Origin: Lepidodermella squamata | Lineage: Eukaryota; Animalia; Gastrotricha | NCBI GenBank assembly: GCA_047495785.1 | Contig: JBLDXI010000025.1 | Coordinates: 930,001 to 994,000, forward strand | Direction of reading: 5' to 3' | Length of the DNA stretch: 64,000 nt | In this document: positions 48,401 to 61,448 of the stretch, one piece after another | Layout: every line of letters begins with the position of its first letter | How positions within the stretch are numbered: the first letter of the stretch is position 1 | Notes under the pieces: model-generated | What the model saw: only the letters and a program-made list of their open reading frames with translations | What the model was told of the DNA's origin: nothing | Databases searched by the model: none | Translations under genes and position numbers: made by a program

Positions 48401-50192
48401 ATTGGTGATCCTCACGCCGTATCTTGGCCAACTTTTCGCCCTGAGAGAGGCGTTGCACAACCTTGTTGAGGTTGACTTGAGTGAAATGGATGAGGCTGAC
48501 TTGGGCCAGTTGGGGCTCGATGCGCGAAGTGATGACTCGGCCACGAATCACAAGTCTAATACTCGGGTTCGCATTTCTACGGTGGATAATTATCAAGGTT
48601 AGTGAAGACCTAAACATTTTAAAAAAATTTAGGAATGTTTTTAGACACCTTTTTTTTCATAAAATTTCAAGACGAAATCTCACTGCTGATTAACTTTCAT
48701 TTAATTCAATATCTCACCATTTTATTCGGTTATTCAACTGGTTTGGTTTATGTTAGGGTTTGAGGCAGGGTCTTGAAATTCGGGATGTGGATCTGATTGC
48801 AATAATTCGGTACAGAATTCGATAATTTGGCAATGAATTTATTTTATCCGAAATTTCTTGCTAATTAAAGTTTTGAAGCCAAGTTCCAAAATTCTATAAA
48901 TTAATTTGGATTTTTTATAAAACAAGCGGTAAATTTTTTATTCTAATGCAGGCGAAGAGGCCGATATTGTCATTGCCAGCCTGGTTCGTAGCAACAACGA
49001 AGGCAACATTGGATTTGTCGGCGAACCTGAGCGAGTAAACGTTCTTCTGTCTCGAGCTCGCATTGGCATGATTTTGCTCGGAAACATGCGAACTTTCGAG
49101 AGCGCCAAAACAAAGTTATGGCGAGATCAACTGATCCCACTTTTGAAGGAGAAAAACGCAATTTTCCCTGGTTTACCCGGCCATTGCAACGAGCATCAAC
49201 GCGATTTTCTACTGGCGAAACCTGAAGATTTCGCTAAATTAGCACCAAATGGAGGCTGCGAATTGGTTTGCGATAAATTGCTGCCATGCGGCCTTCATAA
49301 ATGCAAGCAACCCTGCCACCGATCTGCTCATTCGCTCCAAATGTGCAACGAAAAGGTCAAAGTCCACTGCCCTAATGACGAAAATCACCCGTTGATAACT
49401 ATTCTATGCAAAAGATCGGGCGATCTCGGCTTCATCATTCGATCTTGCATGGAGGATGTCCAAGTCAAATGTCCGAGATTTGAAAATCACCCGCTTATCA
49501 CAGTGAAATGCCAATTCAGAACGCACCCAATTTGCCCGACAAAGGCTTTGGTTAACTGCCCTTCAAATCCGAACCATCCTATGATTGCAATCGACTGTGC
49601 TAAATCGGACGATCTCAAATTGATCGCTAGGATGTGCGAAGAGCCCACGAGAGTTAAATGCCCGAAAAATCCGGATCATTCTGAAATCATCGTGCCATGT
49701 CACAGTGCTTCGTATTCGCAAGTTATCAGCCAAAAATGCAAGGATTCAACGCAAGTTGAGTGCCCTCGCTTCCCCGATCAACACCCGCTTGTTAAAGTTC
49801 CGTGTTACCAGTCGGAAAATGAGGGTTTTGTCAAATCCCAATGCGACAATATGGTGCCTGTTCAATGCCCTAAAGAGGAAAGTCACGCATTGATCAACAT
49901 TCCCTGCCGATCTGTTCAAAATAAATCGTTGATTCGAAAAAATTGCCAAACTCGAGTTCAGGTTCGCTGCTCGAGAAAAACCTGCCGCAAATCCTTGGAG
50001 GTGCCTTGCTCGATTTCGGAAAAACCGTCCGAAATCGAAAAACTTTGTTTAAGTGACTTCAACTGCGCAATTTGCAAGTCGAATTTTTCGGTGTCTTGTG
50101 CCACGGTTATTGAAAAAGATCCCATCTGCCCTACGTGCATGGAGAACAGGGATTTGGTGGAATCTTTTTCGGAAGCTGTGACCGTTGCTTGA
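45427..50192 (+). CDS. ZNFX1/UPF1-like SF1 RNA helicase, paralog 2, with C-terminal Cys/His repeats, ~1437 aa, 4 exons
   Basis: Exons 45427-45528, 45579-45799, 45848-48597, 48952-50192 (4314 nt, phases compatible). All SF1 motifs intact (QGPPGTGKS, CYTNHALDQF, MEEAGE, IGDHKQLRP, QHRM, STVDNYQGEE, RVNVLLSRAR); NF-X1-like LPCGLHKCKQPCH, then ~7 VxCP..H...C repeats; no AAA CbxX modules. Confidence 0.9.
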
Positions 50193-52127
50193 AGAAATCC
50201 TGGTGCCAAGATTAACATTATTACTCCAAACTCGCTGAAGTTATTTTCGCTATAATCATATGATATCAACTGATCTGTATAACTCTTGAAGATTGAAATA
50301 TTAATTATTCTAACATTTTGAATTTTTATAGACTATATTTAAATTTATGAGTGCTCAACCCAGCGGAGGGAGAGGGCGGGGCCGTGGGCGAGGTTCCGTG
50401 CCTCCAGGCCAGGCTGCTCAAAGACCTAGCTCGGCTCCCACTCCGCAGCCTCAGCAGCAACCCCAGCAGAACAAACCGTGAGTTGATTTTACGCCAGTGT
50501 CTCGTGGAACATCGAGGCTAAAAAGTCAAAAATCAAAATACATGTATGTTAATGTAAAATTTCCGCTGCATTTTTCGAAAACTATATGGCATTTTAGCGT
50601 AATTTCTGATGAGTATTCCGCAGACTTCAGATTTCGGGACTTCGGGGATTTCTTTCTTGATTCTTGATTCAGATGATTTCGGGCTGATGAGGATAGGTCT
50701 CCGACTGGTCCTCCTCCGACACTCGCCATGCTTGGCCCGTTATACCCGTTATAGTAGCGGACCCGGCATGGCGTGTCCGCCGGAATGAATTTTATTCTTT
50801 CGAAATTTCGAAATTTGTTCTGTTCAAGTAAGACTCTTTATCTATCATAATTTATATATATTACTGATACTTATTTCTAGTTTTATTGTGTTATATCGGG
50901 TTTCTATGAGCGCGAACTTATTAGATAGGTTTCCAAATACTGTATTCAACCATCAGACTACTGTTAAATCCGAAGCAAAAGCGCGGGACCGTTTGTCTTG
51001 AAGGAGACTAAAAACTGAAAGCTTCGAACAGGCGGTGTCCAACTATAGGTATTATTTGCTGTAACGCTGGCAATAAATCGAAAACATAGACAATAATAAG
51101 AGACTGGACATTCGCGCGTATTTAATTCTGCCGAAATGAAAATTTTTGTTTTTTATTTGCACACTATTTTGTGTTGTCATTGCGCCGAGGAAAAAACTTG
51201 TTGACGAAGCATTTTGTGGCTAAAAATACTAGGAAACGCGTGACTGATCGCTTAAAATATAATGCTGACGGTAGAACTAAACTTTTGTTGTAGTCACAAG
51301 CAGCAGGTGTTGTGTCCGTTTAATAAACCGTAGAATAGTATTTCCCAAAGAACTGCCAAGGCACACGAGCTATAATGAAAAATACCGACGTTCCTTCCAT
51401 TTGCTATCAGAATTTAATTCAAAATTTGAGTTCAACAAAGGCTGTGGTGTAGTGTGAAAATTTGCCATAGGGCTATAAGTGATTATCCTATAGCTCGTAT
51501 ACTAGTCGTAGAGAGAAGAGATTTACCTCTGATTGACCGAGTCGGTGAGTCACGAAAATGATTCCTCGTCAAAAGCTATTGCTGGCAGTCGCCGTGATGC
51601 CGATCCTGTTTTACCTCTCTCGGTATTCGCGGTTTTAAGCAGCAACAGAAAGTTCAACAGCAAGCCAGAGCAGGATTTGATGCGTCAATTATTACTTCCG
51701 CAAAACTCGCTAGGAGTTTGGGTAATAAGGGAATACTTTATGGCAAACCATGGAGAAATATAATTTCCCTCGATCTGGAACCCCGAGCGAGTTTGACGCA
51801 GCCAAACGAATCGAGGGGTTCCAGGAGGTTTCCGAGCAAAATGCTGCCCAAATTTGTGGCAGTTTTAAGCCATAGAGAGATTATTGGTTTCCTTAGAGAA
51901 ATATTTTTAACCATAGAGAAATATGTGTTCCTCCATGGCTAAATTTAACCACGCGTATGTGGGATATTGCATTTCTCTATGGCTAGCCATAACCGTGCTT
52001 TACCTGCCATGCAATATAAAACCAGAAGTATAAAACTTCTCCATCTTTCATCGACCTATTCCTATTATTCTCGCCTCATAATGAATAAATCCGAGGATTG
52101 TCACGATAAGATGCGAATCGATTCGAT

Positions 52128-52291
52128 CATAGACAAATAATAAGAGACTAGACATTCTTGCCTTCGCATTCCTGCCGAAATTATTCAAATATCTCTGCAT
52201 CGTGAAAACTGTCGGCGCAATGACAACGCAAATTTTTTTATTTCGGCAGTAGTAAATATGCGTGTGTCCAGTCTCTTATTATTTGTCTATG
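52128..52291. mobile_element. Short MITE with CATAGACAAATAATAAGAGACT TIRs
   Basis: ~27-bp inverted termini, possible GAT duplication; a related left end occurs at ~51085. Confidence 0.7.
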
Positions 52292-52609
52292 GATGCGATT
52301 TATTGCTAGCTTTTCAGCAAATCAATTTTGGTACCCTCAAAAAATCATGCGGCGCATATCTTTTTCAAATGAAACCAAACGCAGATGGAACAGCTGGGTC
52401 GAAATCCAGTTCAACAATTTTCAGTGCTAATACTCGTAAGCCTTTATTTCACACTCTAAAGCAACTGATAACAACAAGCGAGATATGAGAAAATAATTAA
52501 TATTTGACTCTGCTTCATGCAAAAGCTTAGCTACTCATGCATCTCTCGACATGATTACTGCATGGCTCTGATATTTCTTCTCTCAGCATGATTACTCCAC
52601 CGCACCACA

Positions 52610-52985
52610 TCAGATCTTGGCATAAGCCATTGCACTTTTGTCGAGCAGGCCACTGTTGGCGCATTGCTTGAACAAATTACAGTTTTGGGTCTTGGGGAAG
52701 ATCTCGAAAGCGTGGCACATTCTATCCTGGGCACAGAATCCAGCGCACAATTTAGCGTCTGGAACGGGCTTTATGTTCACGATCTGGTTATTAACGCTGC
52801 CTTTGCAACTGCTTGCGCTGGACCTGTAGCCAGCAATAGCTGAAAAAGATCATATCAATTTAACTTTGCGAACAAAAGCAACAGCCGGCAGCAGCCGGTA
52901 TCAGAAACCTACTAGGGTTTTGTGCCGCGATAGTTGATATGATCGCCATGAAAACAGCCAATACAGGGAGCAAGGATCCAGCCAT
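52610..52985 (-). CDS. Small secreted PAN/apple-like protein, copy C (100 aa), nested in intron 1 of helicase paralog 3
   Basis: Exons 52985-52913 and 52839-52610: MAGSLLPVLAVFMAIISTIAAQNP-TIAGYRSSASSC...KLCAGFCAQDRMCHAFEIF...CNLFKQC...AYAKI*. Confidence 0.8.
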
Positions 52986-55380
52986 TTTAAATGTGAATGA
53001 GAATTAAGTTGAATAGAAAGAAAATGATAACAATGAAAAATGGCAATTAGCGGTGGTATTTATTGAGTCGAGCCAGAAATTTGGGACGAAAAAACTTGAT
53101 GACGAAGCATTTTGTTGTCAAAATATACGAAGAAGCACGTGATCGATGTGCGTGACTGATCGATTTAAATATGATGCTGGTATTAAAATACAAATATTTT
53201 GTTGTCACAAGCAGCAGGTGTTGAGTTGTTGAGATGATAATGAAAAAAGCGGCAATTAGCGTTGGTATTTCTTGAGTCGAGCCAGTGTTTCGGGAGGAAA
53301 AAAACTTGATGACGAAGCATTTTGTGGCTAAAAATACAAGGAAACGCGTGACTGATCGCCTAAAATATAATGCTGACGGTAGAACTAAACTTTTGTTGTA
53401 GTCACAAGCAGCAGGTGTTATTCTTTTAATAAACCGTAGAATATTTCTCAACGAATTGTCAAGGCACACGAGCTATAATGAAAAATATCGACGAAAATTT
53501 GAGGCTAGAACGTGGACGTTGCTGAAATATGAGTCGCATAACATCATAACCGAGGAAATTTCCTGCTACAGCGTTATTATACAGAATATTTCCTAGTTAC
53601 CGCGTTTCATCTATCATGTAGCTGTACAGCTTCCTATTTTTCTCAGTGAACGCTTCATAATATAGTTGGCGAGGATTTTCACTGAGGAGAGTGAGTTTTA
53701 CCAGGAAAGACCTCAACGGTCAAGTTTGAAGTTTAAAAGAAAAATAATTACCTACATCCTATTAGAACCATTCTAAGGTAGCATTCTGAGTTGGCGCAAA
53801 TTGCAAACTGAAACTTCCATCTCCACATCATGAAATCTGACGTCGCAATGACAAGACAAAATGTGTGTGTGCGAATATAAAACAATTTTACGGAATATCG
53901 GTGAAAGAATTCAAGCTCCAAGTTTCAGAAGGAGTTGAGCAATCTTGAATGGCTTAGAATTTCTCAAAATTATTCTTTGTTCCTTCGGAAACTCGGTTCA
54001 TACGGCCATTCGTACAGGAAAAGTGTCTCATAATTCTAATCGTTTTTCTTTATATTGGAACCCTAATTTTTACTTTCAATTTTGTTTTAAATCAAGGGAA
54101 TATCTTTCGGCGGCACCAATTTTCATTTAATTCATCACCTAACCATTTTATTCGGTTAACTAAATTGGGGTTTGGAACTTATTGGAATAATTTGGTAATA
54201 AATTCTTTATATTAATGTTTCGCTTCAGGCCAGGCCAAGCTGCCTCTAACCGTCCGTCATTTGCGAAGCAGTATTTTCAATCTTCTGGTGCTCATGGATC
54301 GTTCAACGAAGGCAAATTTCTGGGTGTCCTCAACGATCTACCGAAACCGAAAGCCTCACCCAACGATGCTGACCAATCCGAGGAGAGGATCAAGTCAGGC
54401 CTAGAAGGCAGTGCTTTCATCGAATACATCCTAACCCGGCGGAAGGGCAAAATGGAAACACTCAGCTTATTAGCAACGAGTTCGTACGGCGTTACTGCAA
54501 TTAAAGAAGCGCTATCCCAGGAAACCGGATTGGATTATTGCCGAGAAAACGTGCTACCCCTCATTCGATTCATTGGCCAGGACGAACGAATGACAACCGG
54601 GTCAAGTCGAGGCCAGGGCGTCGCCAAAATTCTCCGCGCCATCTACGACGCGCCGTTTCTACGCGACTGCCTGTTCCGTTATGTCCGCGAAAAGTCATTT
54701 TCAGACGATGAAAGCGTTGAAATCGCCTGGCTGGTGTTGCAGGTCGTGAAAAACGACAATGCCAACGTGAAAAAGGACCGAAAAGTCATTGAATTGGTCG
54801 ATTTCATCAAGAAAAGTTCGAACCCGAAATTGCAAGAGTTGAGCCGGCAATTTGAGACGCAACTCAGTGATGTCCATTCGGTTTCTGATTCTGGAATTTC
54901 GACGATTAACGGCGTCAATTTGAGTCGAATGAATGAACCCGGCTGGCGGCATGACAATGATAAGGCTGATTTTCGTGAAATTGGCCTGTATCCGACTGCT
55001 GATGAGCTGACCTGTGTTAATGGGCCGTTTTTGCCGGTGACGAAACGCGTTTTCAATGAGTCGAAACAGCTGGCGAGCTACATTGATTGGGCATTCCGAT
55101 TGCTGCGGGAAGACGTGATTCAAAGTGTGAAGGAAGAAGTCGATGTCCTGATTTCGAAAAATAGTGAGTCAAATTATAACCACTTTCAAAATCAGAAAAT
55201 TTTTGCGTCCCAACTTCAATGCCAATATTTGGGAGTTTTTTATCAATAGTGTTTTTATATTATTTTACGATTTATTTTCGGATAAGGACTACCCCACAGG
55301 CCTCAAAATAGTGAGAAGTTGCGTTATGAAATCATTTCCTGGTGAACCGGTCATTTTTTTCAAACCGGACCTATAATGCT

Positions 55381-55995
55381 GTCCTTTTTCGGACGGGGTA
55401 ATTTCGGAATCTTTTGACTTTGAGCGCATTTCTCCTCAAACGTGGTGGATAAAAATACCGTTAAAAATTTAGAAGATAGTCCAGAGTCCCGTCTTTCAAA
55501 TGACATCTGAAATATGAGAAACGGATTTTTTTTTTACGAATAATGGTTTCACTTCTTCGCAGGTGTGCGCCGAGGTAAAATATTGCCAACTTTTTTATTC
55601 GGCAGTATTTTTCGCCGGAAAGAAGCGCAAAAGAAAGAGCGCATCGACTTCAGTTAGATGGGCGTGTTTAGAACAAATTTAAATTGCTCATTTGTCCTGA
55701 AATTCAGCCATAAAAACAAACGAAATCCTCCGGCTTATTTCGGATAGCCACAAAATACAGAGAATTCAATCGACCTTGACGTTTTTAAACTTTAATATTT
55801 TGGTGAGGATAGCACTGAGCTGAGTTGAGAGCTCAATTCACTATCGGGAGTTCAGATCCCTCAACATGCGATTTAGTTTTTTCTTTTAATATCTGCTCAC
55901 AAATATTATCTCGTTTTAATGTGAACTTTGACCCTAATCTAAATATTCACACTGAGCTGTCCGAAATTACCCCAGTTGTGTCCGAAGTTAGCGAG
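55381..55995. repeat. Dispersed repeat, copy 2 (homologous to 8232-8800)
   Basis: Shared blocks such as GAAAGAAGCGCAAAAGAAAGAGCGCATCGACTTCAGTTAGAT. Confidence 0.7.
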
Positions 55996-56389
55996 TCAGC
56001 ATAAAACTGTCCTCGAAAATCGCGGATTTTATAACTTTGAGAGCCTGCATCTCAATTTGCGCTACCTCCAGATTGCTACTAATGGCATCGATGCTGCATT
56101 TCAACATCCAATTATTACCAAAGTCATGTGGGCATGCTAACGTTGGCTTGCGTTATTAGGCGATAGATAACATCCAAACACGCAGATGGAGCCGCTGGGT
56201 CAAAATCCAGTTCGCATAAGCCTTTATTTCTTACTCCAAAGCAGCTAAGAAGAAGCAAACTATGATAAAATGAATAATCGGCTCATGCTAAAGCGCAGCT
56301 ACGTATGCGTCTCAATTTTCTCCTCACAACATTATTACTGCATGCATCTGTACTTTCTTCTCTCAGCATGATTACTGCACCTCACCACA

Positions 56390-56762
56390 TCAGATCTTGG
56401 CATAAGCCAGTCCATTTCCATATAACGAGCCACTGTTGACGCACTGCTCGAACAGTTCACAATATTTTCTCGTCGGAAAGGTGTGGAAAGCGCCGCACTT
56501 TTTATCCGCGTCACATTTTTCAGCGCACTTCTTACTGTCTGTATTAGACCACATTGAGACGGTGTTGCTTTTGAGGCCATAGCAACTGTAAGTAACAGAC
56601 TTGTAGCCAGCAATAGCTGAAAAAAATCATATTGATTCAATTTCGCGTGCAAGAGCAAGAGCCGGCTACAGCCGGTATCAGAACTTTACTGGGGTTTTGT
56701 GCCGCTATAGCTGAAATGATCACCATGAAAACAGCCAATGCAGGGAGCAAGGATCCAGTCAT
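56390..56762 (-). CDS. Small secreted PAN/apple-like protein, copy D (99 aa), nested in intron 2 of helicase paralog 3
   Basis: Exons 56762-56690 and 56616-56390: MTGSLLPALAVFMVIISAIAAQNP-TIAGYKSVTYSC...KKCAEKCDADKKCGAFHTF...CELFEQC...AYAKI*. Confidence 0.8.
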
Positions 56763-59700
56763 TTTTAATTGCGAATGAGAATAAATTTGAACAGAAAGAA
56801 AATTATAGTAATGAAAAACGGCAATTAGAGGTGGAGTAGACCCAGTGTCCCGAGAGGAAATACGTGATGACACAGCATTTTGTTGCTAAAAGTGCAAGAA
56901 AATGCGTGACTGATCGATTAAGATAATATAATTCTGACTGTAAAGCAAACTTTTGTTGTAGTCACAAGCAGCAGATGTTGAGTTTTCCTTTTAGTTTTAT
57001 GTAGAAAAATATTCACCGAAGAGCTGTCAAGGCATGCAGGCTATGATGGGTGAATAGTAAGTTGGTACCCGCAAGTTCGTAACGTGATCATTTCGTAACA
57101 ACCAAGGTACCTTTTCGTAACGCATGTAATGATCTTTTCGTAACGCTTGTTTAAATTTCAATTGACATTTCCAAATTAATTTAGTGATCTTTTCGTAACA
57201 AATTAAACCAAAAGAGTGATCGATTCGTAACGCTTTTAATTTCGTTAATATGACCCACAACATCTCAGAGGTGAAAGCTAGTAGCAGGTGGAATCAAATC
57301 ATAATGAACACAGTAATATGTCGTGGCCCTGCGAAGTAGGACCGCGGAACTTACAGGGATAACAAAAATCGACTTAATAATTCAAAATGTCTTTCAACCT
57401 TCAAATCATCAACGTTCTAAAAATCGATCAGAGTATTCCGCGCGTTGTTGATAAAAGCTTCCTTTCTACGCCTGCCTCGAATAAATTTATGACTTTCATG
57501 CATTTTCACCAATGATTATGATTATTATGATGACGTTCCTTCCATTTGTTAGCTGGATTGAATTCAAAATTTGACGCTGAAGTGTTCATTGTGGAACCTC
57601 TGATAAGTTGAACTTTGTCGAGCACGCTGATTAGTCAATTTATCGTTGTTAATGACTCCCGAGCGATCCACAAAAAAATTATATTTTATTTGACCGCTGC
57701 TAAATGAAAAGCGTATCCTAGCCATTTATCAATTATTTCCAGCAACCAGCAACGAGTCTCAGGGTCAACCAAGGCCGTTCTGGTTTGAACTGATTACCTT
57801 ATGCAGTTTGAGTCGTAGATTCAGAATTTTGCATTCGCAATTTTATTGGACCTACGGATCCACCTCAACGGTAATCAAACTTGCTTTTGTCGTATTTATC
57901 GGGGATCTTGCTGAGCTAGGCTAGCGATCTTATTCACTGCGCTGAGATGTTGATCTCAAAGGAATAAGCCATAATCTTTTCCTGTCAAAGATTCAGAGCA
58001 AAACCATAAATATAAAAAGTATTGAAGTAGTAACACCGGTGTTACCGTTTACAAACTATCTATCGGCTAACTATCTAGCGATATAAAATAATCCAGAATC
58101 CAAGGAGCCGTTAGGAAGCAGCCTGCAGCCGAGCACCCTTTCGGGGTGCTACAGCTTATATTAGTTCGGCAAATATGGGTATATCATGATTTTTTTACGT
58201 TTTTCGGAAGTATTGCAGAATAGCGGTTTTTGAATGCTTGAAAATGATACAAACTCGTTAGGCCTTGTGGGGCCGAGTGTAATTTTTAATTTTTAATTTA
58301 TTTAAAGAACGTGATATCCAGGTTTGGAAACTCTACAAGAGAAAAAAGTGCAGTGTCATAGATATAGACTGGTCTGCAGATTTGATTTGATTGATCTACC
58401 ATGGAGTTCTAGGTGATTCGATTTTAACAAGACCTGTGATTTATTGAAGAAATGAAGTCAAATTAAATCAAATTAAATCAAAGTCACTGGAAGGCAGCCT
58501 TATTAAAAGTATTGAACAAACATCAAAGCCTGAAATTTGTTAAATTTTTCTAGTTTCATATATTTTCCTTATTTTATTTCAGAAAAATCGCCTCAGTTGA
58601 GCCTCTTAAAAGCCAAGTCTCTTAAAGTGCTGCGTTTCACCGAAATTTCATGCAACCAGCGTTGTGGAGTTGGCTTCAAGTTGCAATTCGAGCAACCTCC
58701 GAAACTTCGTGGCATGAAGAAAGCAGATGTCGAAAAATTCTGGACCGAATCGAGCCTCATGAAAGTTCAATCGGCCGTCGCTTTCATCCGAAACGACAAA
58801 GAACTAGTCAGTCTCGGCGTAGTCAGCCATCGAGACACGAAACAAGACCTGTTGAATAATCCGCCTGAGTTGGAGGTGTTCATTTTCAGCCGAGACGACT
58901 TCAATCGAACCCTATTCGAACTCGGAAAAGATCAGAATAATTTGATAGCTGTTCAACTTTCAGCTTCATTTTTTGCCTACAATCCATTTCTAGAACGACT
59001 GAAGATGATTTCGTTGATTTCCCTCGAGGAGGAACTAGTCGCCTGGGGTTGAAATCGAAAAACCAAGCTATATCGGCGAAAAGCTGTCGAATGTGATTGA
59101 ACTTGTCGATTTGATGGACAAAGATGCGGATTTGGCGCAGGTTTTACGCCTGAGAAAGCCGCTGAATTTGGACTTGACCCAGAAGCAAGCTGTTGTTTCG
59201 AGTTTCCGCCAACGAGTCGCGATGATTCAAGGCCCGCCTGGTGCTGGGAAATCACTGTGCGGCGCAGTTATCGCGAAAATGATTCATGACAACTCGAGCA
59301 AGACGATTCTAGTCGTTTGCTATATACAAACCACGCCTTGGATACGTTTCTCGAAGATTTGCTCAATTTCGGCCTCCCCGAGCAGGACATGGTCTGTATT
59401 GGGTCGACTGAGAAAATGCGCGATCGAATCAAGCCGCTTGCGCTCGGCCGCGGCAACGATACGCTTCGTCGCGCTTGTTCGAATTTGCGCGATCAGATGG
59501 ATGATATTCGGGGTGAGATCGATGATTTGAGGAAGAAAGTGACTGCGCTGAATGCGACCGATAGAATGACCGATTTTCAAATGTTTTTCGGCGACGCTTT
59601 CAATCTGCCGCCTTCGCGAGATGGAATGCAGGTTGGTTGTTACATATTTTTTCGTTTAAATATTAAAAGAAAATCAGAACAATTAGAACAATTATTTTCA

Positions 59701-60439
59701 TGCGAGAGACAACATTGAGACGAGGGAGAAGTAGTATTTAAGCTTGGAATGACTGTTTCAAGATCATTCATTCGTCAATTTGAGGGGTCTTGCTTGCTTG
59801 AAGTTTCTCAAATGGTCATTTTTTCATTTTCAATATTCAGATGTATGATATGTAAACATACTCACTCAGTCCAATGTTTCGTCGCTATCATTAAACATTT
59901 CAGGAAATTAAAACGTTACTTCGAAGCAACAGATTTGCCTAATATTTTGAATGAAAATAAGTGGGGTAACCAGTTTAAACAACTACCAAAAGGAAAACTC
60001 AGAAACCCCTCTTCGGACTATTCTCTCTAGAAAATGGCTAAAATTGCGCACAAATTGGATGAAATATTTGCAAAATTGTTAAAAAATTTCTCGATTCGCT
60101 CGAAGTCCCGATATTGTGGATATTTCCTATTGAAAACCGACACTCGCAAACCTTGGATTGTCCTGGGGAAAAATCAAAAATCAACTACAAAACAAATTCC
60201 TGGTTACGCCCTTGATGAAAATACTCCGATTTGCGCTGCTTTCCATTCTCGACCACCCGGCGTCTTCTTTGAATGCTGCCAATGTGATGAGTTAGAAGTT
60301 GACGTAGTAAGCGATGCCATACCACTCATTATAATTGCTAAGAATATACGTTGTACTCATGGTACCGAGCGCGTTGTGGGATCCACGGGAAAGATCGAAT
60401 TGCGGAATGGCTATTCTTTGCTACGAAGCACAAAGCGAT

Positions 60440-61005
60440 TTTTCGTAGAAATTATGCATCACATACTACTTGTCTCCTACTTGTCTCCAAGCCAAATGGA
60501 AAGCGCCTACAAGTCTTACGTGCTACCCTTCCTTGAGTTTGGCATGGTTGCTTACACGTTTGCAGCGTCGTCGGCCGTCCTAGAGAAACTGGACGGAGTT
60601 CAGAAAAGATTCTGCAGTATCACCGGCGCGAAATTGCAACCGCTCGGACATCGACGATACGTAGGTTTGATGACTTACTTATATAAGATTGTTGTAGCCG
60701 GCCGGGGTACCGCCCAAATTCGCTCGAAGTTCAGTCACATTTTCAAAAGGCGAAACAGAACCCGATCATCATCCGAACTACACCACCATCAAATCAGCCT
60801 GGCAAAGCAACCGAAAGGCGACAGGAAGAATATCGAGCCATTTGAAAGAATGCTTGGTATCATCAGAAAATGGAATACAATTCCGAAAGAATGCTTCCCT
60901 GCTGTCATTGACATCAATTTTTTTAAATCTTCGATACATGTCCTAGGGCTTGTGCTATAACCAACAGTGCGCACCCGAAAACTTTCTTAAATAAAAAAAA
61001 AAAAA
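60440..61005 (+). mobile_element. 5'-truncated non-LTR retrotransposon (CR1/L2/jockey-group ORF2 C-terminus) with poly(A) tail
   Basis: AYKSYVLPFLEFG...LEKLDGVQKRFCSI...LQPLGHRR...LYKI...TRS...KWNTIP...FKS followed by AATAAA running into an A-tract at ~60990-61005. Confidence 0.8.
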
Positions 61006-61448
61006 CTAGGGATAATACGACCGGAAATACCCAATTGAAAAGTGGATTATGGCGTAATTTCTGTATTCTCCACCAAATGCCAAAACGTTCGTTGAGCTGA
61101 AGTTGAACGATTCTGGAATTCCTCGATTTATTTTTAAAACTTCAGACCCTAGGAGGAGATAAAAGACCCCAAAATGTCGCGAAAAGGCTTATCGCTTTAG
61201 GTTGACGTGGAAGCACTGGTCTCATCCCATCCAAATGTGTGAACATCTCGCAAGATTCCCCACCCAGAGAACCCTATGAAAATCCAGCAGAACTTATTGC
61301 GCGACGAATTATTAAATCGATATCAACTTCACGTAGTTTTAAGCGAGCGTTTTTCAGGAATTGGAAAATTTCGCCCGTTAAACATCGCGAAGCCGATTTT
61401 CTCAGCAACCCTGATGATAGTCGACCTCCTCTCTTTGATACGTCCGAG

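Noticed and set aside
60034-60960. 308-aa ORF as a host gene or the missing helicase exon
   Set aside because: Its 3' half is LINE ORF2 with a poly(A) tail, the 5' half has no recognisable domain, and it lacks helicase motifs.
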